64,000 nt of DNA, from assembly GCF_006345805.1 (NCBI RefSeq), contig NC_042997.1, positions 149,358,001-149,422,000 of the forward strand, read 5' to 3'. The position numbers and the translations under genes are program-made. This DNA comes from Octopus sinensis. Its lineage: Eukaryota. A model generated the notes under the pieces. It saw only the letters and a program-made list of their open reading frames with translations. It had not been told where the DNA came from and did no database searches. Positions 40,437-53,590 of the stretch are shown piece by piece; position 1 is the first letter of the stretch, and each line of letters starts with the position of its first letter.

Positions 40437-40668
40437 CGCGTATGCTTGTTTTTATGTGTGCGTGCTTGTATGGGCGTGTGTACATGTGTATGTTGGTGCG
40501 TTTGTTCCTCTGGTTCTGGTTGTTCCTGCACGCTTATCTATATGCAGACATACGATTATCTATGTATGTACGCATATGTGTATGTGAGTGTGTGTATGTA
40601 TATGTAGGATTCAATTCGTATGTTTCATAAGGGTATGTCTGCATGTCCGAAGCAACATTTGGAGTAAG

Positions 40669-40710
<42 letters not shown>

Positions 40711-40711
<1 letters not shown>

Positions 40712-40767
40712 TTATTCCCCTTACATAGTCAGCATGTTAATTATTCCCCTTACATAGTCAGCATGTT
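40711..40767. repeat. 29 bp tandem duplication next to (TA)n
   Basis: attattccccttacatagtcagcatgtt occurs twice in tandem. Confidence 0.92.
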
Positions 40768-41544
40768 TGTTAATTATTGTGAAAATAATCATTAACGTGA
40801 TTGTTGTAATATGATAATATAATCCTGGAATATTTTACGAACAAAAGTTACAAAAAAACGTAGTCGATTCCCTTACTAATATATTTCTTGTTTCAAAATG
40901 TGCAAGTGCCTTGTTTTTAACCAATGAAATACTGACTAATGTTAAAAATGTAATTTTGTAAAGGAAACCACGTAATGCTCCCCGGACGATAAGTATTTTG
41001 TTAATATGTGGTGAAAGTGAGACAAATATTTTATCGTATATGTCAGCCATTGCAATTCATCATTTCGGCTAGCTAGCCTTTCCTTTCATTGAAATCGTAT
41101 ATTATCATCTTTTAACATTAATTACGACAAACGGAATGTCTCAAGTGAGACAAATAACGAAAGTGGAAACTCGTTAGGCTTGAATTCTGTTTTCCTTATC
41201 TCACGCTACTCTGTTACTGACATATTTAGGGTTCACATTCTTTCAAATACAAGTACCGAAAGGAAAGGTTTTATTTTGTCAGTCAGCAACCTACTTTCGT
41301 CATACGAGACGATAAAGGAAGAAAATACAACACACATACTTATTTATTCCTCGCAGGATATGGAGCTGGTGGCATTTCTACACGTATTTATTGATTTTAT
41401 TTTATTTAGCATTTACTCGAAAGGGAAACAATTATGCCAAAAAAAATGCTTTTCTCGTGCATTCAAACGATATAGTGACACCCATTACAAGTAGCTATAT
41501 ATCGAATGATCTCGCTGTTATTATTATCTGTTTCTTTATTACCC

Positions 41545-41680
41545 ACAAGGGGCTAAACATAGAGGGGACAAACAAGGACAGACAGACGGATTAAGTCAAT
41601 TACATTGACCCCAGTGCGTAACTGGTACTTAATTTAACGACCCCGAAAGGATGAAAGGCAAAGTCGACCTCGGCGGAATT
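41545..41680 (-). mobile_element. SINE family B, 3' half
   Basis: ccacaaggggctaaac...gaccccagtgcgtaactggtacttaatttaacgaccccgaaaggatgaaaggcaaagtcgacctcggcggaatt. Confidence 0.9.
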
Positions 41681-41689
41681 GATTTCGTT

Positions 41690-42580
41690 ATAATTATTAT
41701 CATTGCCATTGCACAGCTTCTAACGTTGGAGATGTACTACAGTGTCAGCTGTTCACTACATGTGAACTAAGGTAACACTTCTTATATTCAAGCATCTTCC
41801 GGAGTATTCGAGCAGTACCAAGCAGTGCTGTTTACTGCAAGTGCTATAACTATGCTCAAGCATAGTTTGCTTTCTTTCTCAATTAAGATTATGTCTGGCT
41901 TCCTATTCTACATCTCCTGGCTGGTCGTACTGAGTCATAAAATCCCATAGGCTCTTTGCATTATCATTTTCGACGATACCTTCAGGTTTATGGTCGTACT
42001 AAATTTTTTCTTGTCAAGTCTATACTTATTGCAAAGAGTCCAATGGACAAGCCTGGCTATATTGTCGTGACGTGTCATATATTCCTTCTGGGCTAATGGA
42101 GTACATTGACTGGTAATATGCCATACGGTTTCACCACTTTGTCCACAAATTCTGCACTTTTCTGATATGTTATCAACTCTGTATTTTATGCAATTTGTTC
42201 TTAGTAATTGTCTTGGGCACCACAGATTTGAGCCTCCGTTTCTGGTTTTAAATCACTTTTAGTCATCCACAGCCATCTTTTTATCTTCAGCATCCCTCTG
42301 AAATTGTCCATGCATTCTTTTCTTTATCCAACTATTTTCAGTTTCATTCGTTTTTAATTGCTTCTGCAGTGATTTAAGTTTCCAGACTTGCATCCTACAC
42401 AAGCCTGACCTTCCTACTTCTAATAATAGCGGTTCTGTTGCCCTTTTACATAGCATGTTATTTTGTTTTGTTCTGCTCTAATGCTGTGTTCGCATCCAAT
42501 AAGTCCTCTTCCCCAACTTTTTCTTGGTACATACAATCTGTATGAATCTCTTAGCCTACCAGATATAATGCTGTTACCAT
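41690..42580 (-). mobile_element. Dong/R4-clade RLE LINE, 3' fragment (second subfamily), internally deleted
   Basis: RLYVPRKSWGRGLIG...WIKKRMHGQF...KPETEAQICGAQ...CRICGQSGETVWHITSQC...RHDNIARLVHW...LWDF...KPDIILI...ALLGTARILRKML. Confidence 0.92.
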
Positions 42581-42736
42581 CATTGGCTTCAGTTTCATTA
42601 CCACCGTTGTTCGCAGTATTTTATTTTTACATTGTCATTTATATGAGGTTTATCAGGTTGCAGTGTTTTTTTTTTGTGACACCGTCACTAGATGTATCAT
42701 TAATAAGCTTATGAGGGGAGGAGGCTTCACCCGTTT

Positions 42737-42838
42737 CCTTTTCTTCTTTTTCTTCTTCTTCTTCTTCTTCTTCTTCTTCTTCTTCTTCTTCTTCTTCTTC
42801 TTCTTCTTCTTCTTTTTCTTCTTCTTTTTCTTCTTCTT

Positions 42839-42900
<62 letters not shown>

Positions 42901-43115
42901 CATCATCATCATAATCATCCTCAGTGATATCACTGATATTGTTTTTATGTGTAGTCGCAGCAGTGATTGCAGCAACAGCAGCAGCAGCGTGGGTGTGGGT
43001 AGTGGTAAGTGTGGCAATGTTGGTAGTGGCGGTGGTAGTGGTGGCAGTGATAGTGGTAAAATAACACCACTACCACCCTTACCATTATCATTATCATTGT
43101 TGTTATTTTTATTAA

Positions 43116-43175
<60 letters not shown>
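42737..43175. repeat. Compound (TTC)n(TTA)n(ATC)n ... (TTA)n microsatellites
   Basis: Direct inspection. Confidence 0.95.
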
Positions 43176-44407
43176 GTTGGAATTCCTCTAATCGGTTAAC
43201 TCATTTTACACTAAATTTATTTTATTAAAATAAGTGAGAAAAGAAAATAATTCAGTAGATATTCCCTGCGTGTGCTTGGATGTGAATTTTTTTAGTTGAT
43301 CACTGTCGTCCCAGTGATACAATTTTTCAAAATTACTATGGACTGGGACATTAGGTAAATATTTGTTTAGTTCAATGTAGGCAGTAGTTGACTGGGCAAT
43401 CATTTAATTCAAAATAATCTGGTCTTTGGATTTGGCTACAAACACTCCAACATCTACTTACAGAAAAAATAGAAACTTTAATTCGTAGCAATGCACCTGA
43501 TGGGATAGATTCCACAACTACCTACTAACACCAAATTACATTCATTTTCTTTTAATACATCATGCACTGATAATATTTGGCTATATTGACGACTGTGAAG
43601 TCTAGTACCAATTCTATGTATACACAAAAATACGAATTCGGTAGTTAAACCAAAAGACAGTTGTTACTGAAAATTAGAATTTAACGAAATATTTTGAAAA
43701 TTGATGTTTCATAACCTAGTAATTGTTGCCAGAGAAGAGTCTAAAGTTTTCGTTTAATGTTCAAAAATCAATAATGTATAATCTGGGTAAAGAATGAAAC
43801 TTGATGAAATACAATATCTCACATGAGACAAAGGTTTATAGCGTGTCAAAATACATTAGTGAACATTCTACAGTTGGTCAATGGAAACAACAGGTTATAT
43901 ATCCTTTCATTGTTCGCCTCTTTATAAGTAAGATTAATTGATTCAGTATATACTATAATTTAAGAATATTAATTAAATAGTTATATTAATTTTGGTCTCT
44001 GAGGACAGAACAGTAGAAATGAATACCGTGTCTGTTATAATTACCCTAACAGAAACAATAATAACAATACGAAAAACAATAATGAAAATAATAAAAATGG
44101 AAATGATACTGAACATGATGATTACGACGACAACAACAATGATGGTAATAACATCAATAGCAACAGCGACAACAACAAAAATGATAATGATGATGATGAT
44201 CATGATAATAATTAGTTGGTAATAAACTAAGTGAGGAATTTAGTGTGCAGGCAATTGTCCATTGGTACTCAGTTTTTGGATTACTTTATTAAGGCTCCCC
44301 GTGCCACAATAAACGCCAATGAAACAAGTGCCACCTTAGTCTGCTGGCTATGGGCAGCTGAAACTTTCCATCATACCTAGAAAACTAAGCTGAGAGTTTT
44401 CATCACG

Positions 44408-44460
44408 TAATAATAATAATCATAATAATAATAATAATAATTATAATAATAATAATAATG

Positions 44461-44505
<45 letters not shown>

Positions 44506-44598
44506 GCCTACCAATATACACTATGAGTTTCTTTGCCCTAGGAGTCGGGAAGACACTCGGCAAGAAATGGAAGAAAATTTGAAAGAAGAAAAAAAAAA

Positions 44599-44667
<69 letters not shown>

Positions 44668-44730
44668 TATTATTATTATTATTATGACAACAACAACAAC
44701 AACAACAATAATAATAATAGTAATAATAAT
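44408..44730. repeat. (AAT)n tracts including an (AAT)n(ATT)n fold-back at 44600-44685
   Basis: Direct inspection; the polarity switch is centred on aat|att at 44642/44643. Confidence 0.95.
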
Positions 44731-45625
44731 GAACCACTGCATGTACAGTACATACTTCGAAACCGAAATGCTGATGTAGACCAAGCAATAACCCATTAGT
44801 GGCTGAGAAGCTCAGGACTGAAAGCGGAGATTGATGGTTTCATATTAACGGCACAAGATCAAAACTTCCTTACTAAAAACTACCAGGATAAGGCTCTTCA
44901 AAACTGTTTTGATCCTAAATACAGATTCTGTGGCAAACTTTGTGAAACAATAGACCATCACGTCTCGAGATGTTTTCTGCTGACACCAAATGAATATAAA
45001 AATCGCCACGGTAGATTAGGGTAGTATTATCATTGCAAGATATGTAAACACTACAAAATCAGGACTCCATCTTGAGCCTGTCGTTGAATGTAAAAGTGTC
45101 ACTATCCTCTGGGATTTTCCAGGTGACATCGACAGAACGATCCACGCTAATCGACCAGATATAGTCATTAAAGACTAGAAGAAAAAGATGTAATAGACTA
45201 ATACATGTAAGTGTTCCCGCTGATAAATATATATCTGTAAAAGAAGTTGAGAGATATAGTAAATATAAGGACCTGGAAATTGAAATAGAAAACATGTGGA
45301 ATCTTAAAGCGAGAAGTGTTCCTATCATTATAGGTTCACTAGGTATGAAAAAGAGATGCCAGAAACACCGAGATGATGTCCCAGGAGAACCATGTCTCGC
45401 AGAAATCCAAAAGATTGTGCTGACAATTACTGCCCACATCCTTAGGGAGCCCTATAAATGTCTGTGTTGTATACATGAAGATATTTCGCTACTGCCCCTG
45501 CCACTTCCCCTCCCCATACTTTCAGTCATACTGTAACATCTCTTATCCTTCACTAGCCCTAAGATGCTAGGTGTGCTTCGGCAAGTTATCGTAACAAACG
45601 AGCAGATTAAAAGTAAATAACCACA
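44731..45625 (+). mobile_element. Dong/R4-clade RLE LINE, 3' fragment (third subfamily)
   Basis: WLRSSGLKAEIDGFILTAQDQ...YRFCGKLCETIDHHVSRC...YKNRH...LWDF...TIHANRPDIVIKD...KYKDLEIEIENMWNLKARSVPIIIGSLG...EIQKIVLTITAHILR. Confidence 0.93.
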
Positions 45626-45654
45626 AAACAACAACTGAAAAACCCAACAACTAT

Positions 45655-45890
45655 AATATTTAGGGACATTTTGAGCGGGACACGTTACTGGATCTGAAGA
45701 AAATTCTAACTTGGCCCCACCTACTGGGTTATGCGCTGTTTATCTTGATATGATGTTACCATGTCGCACACATATTGTTGTGATGCAGGTGCCTGGTGCA
45801 CCTTTATCAGACGGGTAGTCATGATAGGTATACTGGGCTTCGTATATTTAACCCCAGTTTCACATTATGACATGCACTGGTCTCCCACAC
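45655..45890 (+). mobile_element. Element C copy 3, truncated, with (CTA)n(AAT)n tail
   Basis: Reverse complement of the first ~240 bp of 18807-19324 (aaaattctaact.ggccccacct...tatcagacgggtagtcatga..ggtatactgggcttcgtata); tail 45891-45998. Confidence 0.88.
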
Positions 45891-45895
45891 ACTAC

Positions 45896-45985
<90 letters not shown>

Positions 45986-46931
45986 TAATAATAATAATAC
46001 ATAATCGACTGACCCAGAAATTTACAATTTAAATATTTACAGGGTTTTATGAAGCAAGTGTAATATATAACGGTGTATATATATCAAAGTTAAGTATCTA
46101 CATGATTTGATCAATTCATTCCACGTATCCTTGGTTTATTGTTTTTATCACATCTAATAAAATGGAGAACGTTTCGTGAAGAGCTGATTGGCTTTGATGT
46201 TTAAGCTTTGCCTAGATTCTGTCGATGATTGGCACATAAAATTTCACAGTTTCTGTTTAAAATATGCACTTGTATTCTTTTATTTTCATTGTGTTGGAAA
46301 GGTGGATACATTTCCTTTCCGATCCGTATTTCATATAAAAGTTTCTAGTGCATTTTCTACAGGTTGTTCAAAAATTTCTCCGCAGTGAATTTTCAAGAGC
46401 TTTTCGATGAACGGATTATTTCCAGGGAACTTCGGCTACCAAGATCATCTGATTTAACATCGACAGATATTTTTCTGGCGTACAAATAAAGGATGAGTGT
46501 CCAAGAATCGCCAGAGAAAACTTAATGAGCTAAAAAACATATTTATAACCTCCAGACGGTTCTTACCGCGTCAGATTCTCCAAGGTATATTTCAAAACAT
46601 GTATTGAAAATGAAACACGACACTTTTAACACTTCTTATAAAGCTGATTTAAAGTCTTGTAAAGTCTAATATATTCTTTGGTAGTCTTATACCATCTTAT
46701 AAATATGTATTTTGCAATAAAATACTCACTGCGGCGAGATGTTTTGAACACGCTAAATAAGAAATGTGCATCAGAATCCTATAACTCATGTAGAGGACTA
46801 TGTATTTCTTTTCTATCAGCGGTATTTCTCATTCCCATATTGTCCATCTCCATTAGCTGCTGACATCCAAAATGTTCAATAGAAATGCATTTTTGAATTA
46901 GGCCAAAAATGGATAACAATTTCGCTATAAT

Positions 46932-47640
46932 TTGTTTTTATGTCGATATCTATCGGACCAAAACGTGAACTTGAGAAAGAGGTGCACTGGAGCAGCGGTG
47001 GAAGTTGTGGAGGAGAGTATTCAGGAGAGTGTAGTTGTGGAGAGGTGGCATAAGCAGATAGCGGAACAGGATCGGAGTTTTGCGGAGGTGAGGGCAAGAA
47101 GGGGAGAGAGGAAGAGGTCACCATCGATGGTTGAACTGAAGAAGTACAAGGCAGTAGAAGAGGTGATCCAGCCTACGACGGGAAACGAAGAGGATTCGCC
47201 AGTGGGATCGCCGGTAAGGGACTTGCAAGTGCAGGAGCGTTCGGACCCACAGACACTCAAGCACACGGATGTGCAGACGCACAGAAGTGTAGACGAACAG
47301 ATGCAGGATATCTTAGAATCACGAAAACCTAAAAGCATGGACGCGTAGTCGAGGCACGCAGAGTTGCAGTCGGACGAACACACAGTCGCACAAGTGCACA
47401 AACACACTAACGCCCGGATACAATCGCGGGAAGGCCAAAAATTGCAGGAGTGCAGGGACGAGGGACATAAAAGCGAGAGAAACAAGCAGAGGTGGGGTTT
47501 CTAATGAAGTGTAGGGCACATAAAGGTTGAAATATTCTGAAGTTGAAAGTCATTATGAAGGAATGAATCCACTGGGGCCGGAGGTGGATGTTGAGCTTGG
47601 CGCCTCGGTGGTGAATTATGTGAACGAGGGGGAGAGGAGA
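46932..47640. other. GC-rich island with overlapping open frames on both strands; unidentified (retroelement ORF1 remnant or exon)
   Basis: 138 aa + ORF (46932-47348) and 154 aa - ORF (47021-47485); CpG-rich compared with the flanks; no motif recognised. Confidence 0.4.
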
Positions 47641-48034
47641 AAGTGTTAAGTTGTGGATTGTTTTAGAGACTGTGAAAGACTGAGAAAAACATTTAGTTAA
47701 ACTTTTTGATTTTTTTTTTAAAGGAAAAAAGAAGTAAATCCTGTAACTAATGTTCATTTGTTAAAACATTTTCTTTAAAATTGTAAGTGAAAAGGAAAAT
47801 GTAAGTCGCGGTTTCGCCTCGGAGCAGGTCTGGAAATTTTTATTTAAGGGAAAAAGGAATTCACGGCTTCATCTCAGAGCAGGTGCGATATGGCCATCTC
47901 CTTTTCATTGTAATTTAATTCATTTACCATTCATCCTTTCATGTGCTTTATTGTTCGCGCATGTGTGTGTATATCTCCTCTGTGTTTAGGCCTAGTGCCT
48001 GTAATAAAGAATTCAGCTAGCAAGCCATGCTACT

Positions 48035-48075
48035 GCATACTGATGATGAGCAATGACTCTGAAACTAGTCTCTGG
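48035..48075 (+). ncRNA. Degenerate minimal hammerhead-like motif
   Basis: gcata-CTGATGA-t-GAG-caatga-CTC-t-GAAA-C-ta-GTC-tctgg; palindromic ACTAGT stem III, but stem I pairs only 3/5. Confidence 0.45.
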
Positions 48076-49934
48076 TGCTGGCTTTGATGGGTGGAGGAAC
48101 TTATCTCTCATTTGAAAACATAAGGACACAGGAAATGTGTTTACGGCCAACAGGAAACTGTGTTTCCTAGGGCTAAATAGCTGTAGCACTCTTACTTTTC
48201 ATTGAACTGTCGCATTAAGTTGACAACATACCATCACTTTATATACATATATATAAATGTATACGTTGGCATATGTATCTGTTTGTCTATCTGTCTGTTA
48301 GATCTCTTTGTGTACATATATATTATATTATATGTGTATACACTTTTTCTAATTAGAAATTTAAATTTTATATCTAATAATATAATCACTAATTTTTAGC
48401 CATATAAACAAATTGCGATAATTAAAAGAAGTTGTGAAATTATTATCTATTATGGTGTCTCTTTTTATTGTCTCTTCAAAGTTATATTATATCCATTTTT
48501 TTCACGTTTGTATTCTTCGCTTGCACTACTTCTGAAGTAATGTATTATTTATGTCTATGTATGGCAATTTGCAGATGTACAATTATTTCCTGCTTTTAAC
48601 AACAGCTAAGTTCACTGCAGAATTCTAAAAACCAAAATGACAGTTCAAATTATAAATGGATTTAAAATATTTTTGGAGTGCGCACCCACTGGTATTGTAG
48701 ATCTACTTTTAAACATCTCTCTCGTCTTTGAAAGAAAAGTGAACAAAGGAAGACTAATGGCTGCATATTGATTTCTATTAATATCTCAACATTAAAGCAA
48801 GTTCGATTGCTTCTCCCAGCAACGTTGAAAGAAGAACAATAGACAGTGAACAATGTTCTGTAATCTCTGACAGATTAAAACAGATTCACACCAAGCATAT
48901 GATGTCTGATCTAACCTCAGCCAGCAGTTAATTTTGCAATTTACTGAACTGTTTGATCTCCATTAAAAACGTATAGCTGCACGTGTCATAACCTTATTAG
49001 AATAATTTCATATTTTATGATTAAGGCTTAACATTTTTGTATAAATTTCCCTTGGGATTGATATAGACACAGTAAGAGGGCTTGTTTCCTCGGAGGTAAT
49101 ATTTTAATCTTTTGTTTGATCATTTTAAGTAATTAGGCTGCTTTCTATCCACCACAAATCAAGGTCAGTTGTTAACAGAAAGAGAAGTCAATAGATTCTA
49201 ATAATAAATTCAGTTTAGTTAACAATATCATTGCTGAAAGACTAGTCCAAAATTATGTATATTAAGACTGAATAAATGAATGTATTGAATATTACTGTGG
49301 TAACTTTTTTCTTTGAAAGATTAAACTAAGAGAAATAGACTGCTGTTATTCATTATGGTCGTAACACATATAAAGTTATGTCTGGCGTTTGTATGTTTTG
49401 AATAACTTTAAATATCTATAGATTTTCAAATCAATTTTCAATTTAGAAAAATGTTATGAACTATACTTTTTTGTTAATGCTTCTGGTAGCTTCCTGTCGG
49501 ATTATTCCAAATTAAGCTGACACACCACCGAGACTGTTTTGGTTGAAGGCAAAGACTTAGTGTCCAAAAGCATACACCATATCATACAATGTACGTTTAC
49601 AACTTTATTTTTTTAATTTATAATTTTACATATGAAGGAGTCCGCGCTTATTTTTAACTCTAGCAGCTTAAGGCAAAGATATAAACTGTTTGTCTGTAGT
49701 TCAAGCTCTGAGTACAAATTCTGCTATTGTCGAAATATAGTGCATGGAGGTTTCGCCTTAAAGTGTTTTAACACATACAATTTCCCATCTCACAAAGACC
49801 TCAGCAATTGCTTCAACTAGGTCTTGAAAAGAAAGGTGATGCTAGCGAGAGAGAGATGCTATAATCTAGTGTGATAATCCAATCTATCTTTCTCTTGTGT
49901 GAAAATGATGGATGACAATGGCAGCAGTTACGCA

Positions 49935-50020
49935 GTGGGGTCGATGTAATCGACTTAATACCTATGTCTGTCCTTGTTTGTTCCCTCTGTGTTTAGCCCC
50001 TTGTGGGTAATAAAGAAATA
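49935..50020 (+). mobile_element. SINE family B, 3' end
   Basis: cagtggggtcgatgtaatcgactta...tgtctgtccttgtttg...gtttagccccttgtgggtaataaagaaata. Confidence 0.85.
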
Positions 50021-50449
50021 GGTCTGGTGAGTTTCAAAGGGTAGGACTTGAGCATGCATTTCCACGCGGGATAAAGAAATCAGAGTGATAGCGATTTAAA
50101 TGCTTAGTATATAGCAGCCTAATTGAGCCCTATACGTAAGGTTTCCATAAAATTATCCGAGATGGACTACACCTTTTGGACATTCTGTGGGATTTTATGC
50201 TCTTATGTTTTCTGTTGGATTTATTCATTTATTTAATCATATTGATTTCCTTCTACTCGAGAGAAACCGTCCATTTTTTTGGATTGTATATTTTATGTTG
50301 CATTTCTTGTGTTGCATTTCTGTGTTGCATTTCGTCCTGAGAAGTATCCTGAATGATTTGGGCATTTTTGGTGAATGTAAGAAATAACACATCCAGTAAC
50401 AATTATAATCATAATTATTAACTCTATAGTTTTAATTTTTTATTATAAT

Positions 50450-50557
50450 TATAGTATAGTATATTCTTCTCCTTTTCTTTTTTCTTCTTCTTAATAGTAG
50501 TAGTAGAAGAAGAAAAAAGAAGCAGAAGAAGACGAAGAAGTAAAAAAAGAAAAGAGA

Positions 50558-50592
<35 letters not shown>

Positions 50593-50685
50593 ATAGTAGT
50601 AGAAGAAGAAGAAGAAGAGGAAGAAGAAGAAGAAATAGACGAAGAAGACGAAGAAGTAAATAAAGAAAAAAAGTAGTAGTAGTTA

Positions 50686-50718
<33 letters not shown>

Positions 50719-50868
50719 AAGAAGAAGAAGACAAAGAAGAAAAAGACGAAGAAGACGAAGAAGACGAAGAAATAAAAAAAGAAAACAAAAAGTAGTAGTA
50801 ATTATAGTAGTAGTAGTAGTAGTAGTAGTAGTATAGTAGTAGTAATAGTAGTAGTAGTAGTAATAGTA

Positions 50869-50938
<70 letters not shown>

Positions 50939-51005
50939 ATAGAAGAAGAAGAAGAAGAAGAAGAAGAAGAAGAAGAAGAAGAAGAAGAAGAAGAACCAGC
51001 AGTAG
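50450..51005. repeat. Compound (TAG)n/(GAA)n microsatellite, ~550 bp
   Basis: Direct inspection. Confidence 0.97.
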
Positions 51006-51630
51006 CAGCTACTGAAATTGTCCATGCTGTTTTCCTGTTACTATATTAATTACAGCTAGTAAAAGGTGTGAGATATTATCATACAAATCAACACAAACGT
51101 AGATCATTTCCCACCAGATAATGCCTCTTTTATCTGAATCGCCCCAAGGCACCTTTATCGTAATCAAAGTCATTCATTTATTCACCATAATGACCACCGC
51201 ATTTTACTGAAATTTAACTAACAAGTTCCATGTCATTTACTATTTAGTAAGTAAGCCGAGCATTCTCTATGATATTATGTCATATCATCATCTTACTGCA
51301 TAAGAGAATTTAACTGAGACAAGGACCGATGAAGGCACTTCACATTGGATTATTGTAATGTCACTCAGATATCAAAGAAGACAATGCGTAATATGTAAAG
51401 AATGGCTTCAAGAGATACGTGTCTTTCGGTTTTCTTCAGCATCTGGCAGGTATAAATGTCGAAGGAGTACAGGAGAAAGAGAAGAATAATTTTCTTTTTT
51501 TTTTGTTAATATGGAAGATTTCTATGATTATTGGCATTTCCTCACAGCATATAATTCTTTCTTGACATCACGTTTCATTTTATTTTTATTTTCAATTTTC
51601 TTGTGTACAGCCTTACTCGCTATCACCTCT

Positions 51631-51667
<37 letters not shown>

Positions 51668-53434
51668 GTATATATATATATATACATATATATTTATATA
51701 TATAAATAATCATATATCGACCTTATGCACATACGTAGAAACACATACACACATACGTGTGTATCTACACAAATACACACACACATGCACGCACTTACAC
51801 ACGCGCGCGAGCATAAACACACACTCACACACAGACATAGACACATACGAGAATGTGCATGCAAACACAAGCATCTATACATAGTTCATACGCACAAATG
51901 TAACTGATTCTCTGCAGGCGTATTATGTCACCAAGTTCTCGATTCCTGATTGCATATTATTATAACACGAACAATGCATGAATGTTCCTATATTCCCACC
52001 AAGCTGAACCAAATCCATATAGCTAAATCTTGGGTGAATAATCCCGATAACATCAGCTGTTGTAAGCTACAATTTTTATCGAATATCGCAAGCACGCATA
52101 CACACGCGCGCGCACAAACCCACGTATGTATGTATATTAATATGTATTCATATAGATTCATACATATGTGTGTTTTTGTACATTCACACTTCGATACATG
52201 CAAAAACATTAATTATAAGATATCAGCTAAAGATTTATGTATAGTTTATACATTTGCAAATTTGCTTGTGGCTTTACGTATCGGACAGATCTCACGTCAT
52301 CCGTTTTAAGACGCATCTATGCCCCGCAGTGCGGTCGTGCTAAGATTTACAAAACGTACGTTTGCTGATTTTATGTATCATTTATTTACTGGATATGCTA
52401 TTATTATAAATACTTCGTAAATCGAATGATAATCATCTTTGTGTTACTCCTTAACCACTGAGGAACTAGGAGATATGCAACCTTCCCCCACTATCCTATA
52501 TGAAAGAAGATTCGTTTTAAAAGGTTTGATATAGGAGAGATCTATAGCTTCATGTGAAGCAAAGGAACATGGTGTTTATTCAATAGAATTAGCAATGATT
52601 TTCTAAATCACACAAATAGTCTAAATTATTGCCACCCATATGAATTTTTCAGTCAGTAGTTCCTATTTTTCAACTCATTTCTGCTATTACCAATAGTTAT
52701 TTACACGTACGGCTACATTTTGTCGCTTATTCGAAATTTGCTCTGCAATTATAATTGTTAAATTTAGGACTTACACATATTTACTAAACACGCACATGCA
52801 CACACATAAACGCACACACATACATATACACACAAACGCACACACATACTGCATGTACTTACATATATACACACATATACATGCATTTCTGTATATATAC
52901 TCATAGGATTAGACGTATTGCAGAAGCTAAATTATCTGTATATTGTTCACTTTAAACCAATTTAAAAAGTTTTTATTTCCTTTAGATGTCAGATAAAATC
53001 CTTCTATAAGAATTGAAAAGATATGCAGTTATGTTTGTGGCAATGTTTACGGAAGACTGCGATTTGTAAATTGCCAACTTTGTAAGTACTGCAACACTTA
53101 CAATAACTTGTAAGCGTTGCAAGTTATTTTGCAAGCAAATTTCAGAAGGAATTAGAAACCTTTACTGAGGTCGTTTCAACGTTGCTGAAGAGTAAAAGGC
53201 ACATATTCTAAACTTTCGGATACTATAAGGATGCTGAAATTTTCCCAACGTATTCAAGATATTATCGATGCTGATGGTGTATCTGTGTTGTAAGTGAGGG
53301 TGTGTTGTATGCGTATTTCTGTCTTTGTTTTGAATCTCTGTCTATGTCAACTTTGAAAGGTTTACAAAAGTATGAAAAAACATGTCCTTTATAGCTTAAC
53401 GGGTTACTTCATGTCTTTAATATTCAGGCCAACT

Positions 53435-53590
53435 AAGGCAGTGAGCTGGCAGAATAGTTAGCACATCGGGCAAAATGACTTGCGGCATTTCAGCCATCTT
53501 TACGTTCAGAGTGCAATTCCCACCGTGACAGACTTAGCCCCTCCCCCGAAATTGCTGTCCTTGTGCCAAGAATTAAAAATAATATTCAAG
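53435..53590 (+). mobile_element. SINE family B, internally deleted
   Basis: ggcagtgagctggcagaatagttagcacatcgggcaaaatg...tttacgttcagagt...ccttgtgccaagaatt. Confidence 0.8.

Noticed and set aside
47805-47890. GAAAC-containing motifs on the minus strand as hammerheads
   Set aside because: The CUGANGA core is missing (CTGCTCC / CTGAGAT).
52320-52350. ccgcagtgcgg hairpin plus ctaag as a Helitron 3' end
   Set aside because: Terminus is not CTAG/CTRR-T and no matching 5' end is nearby.
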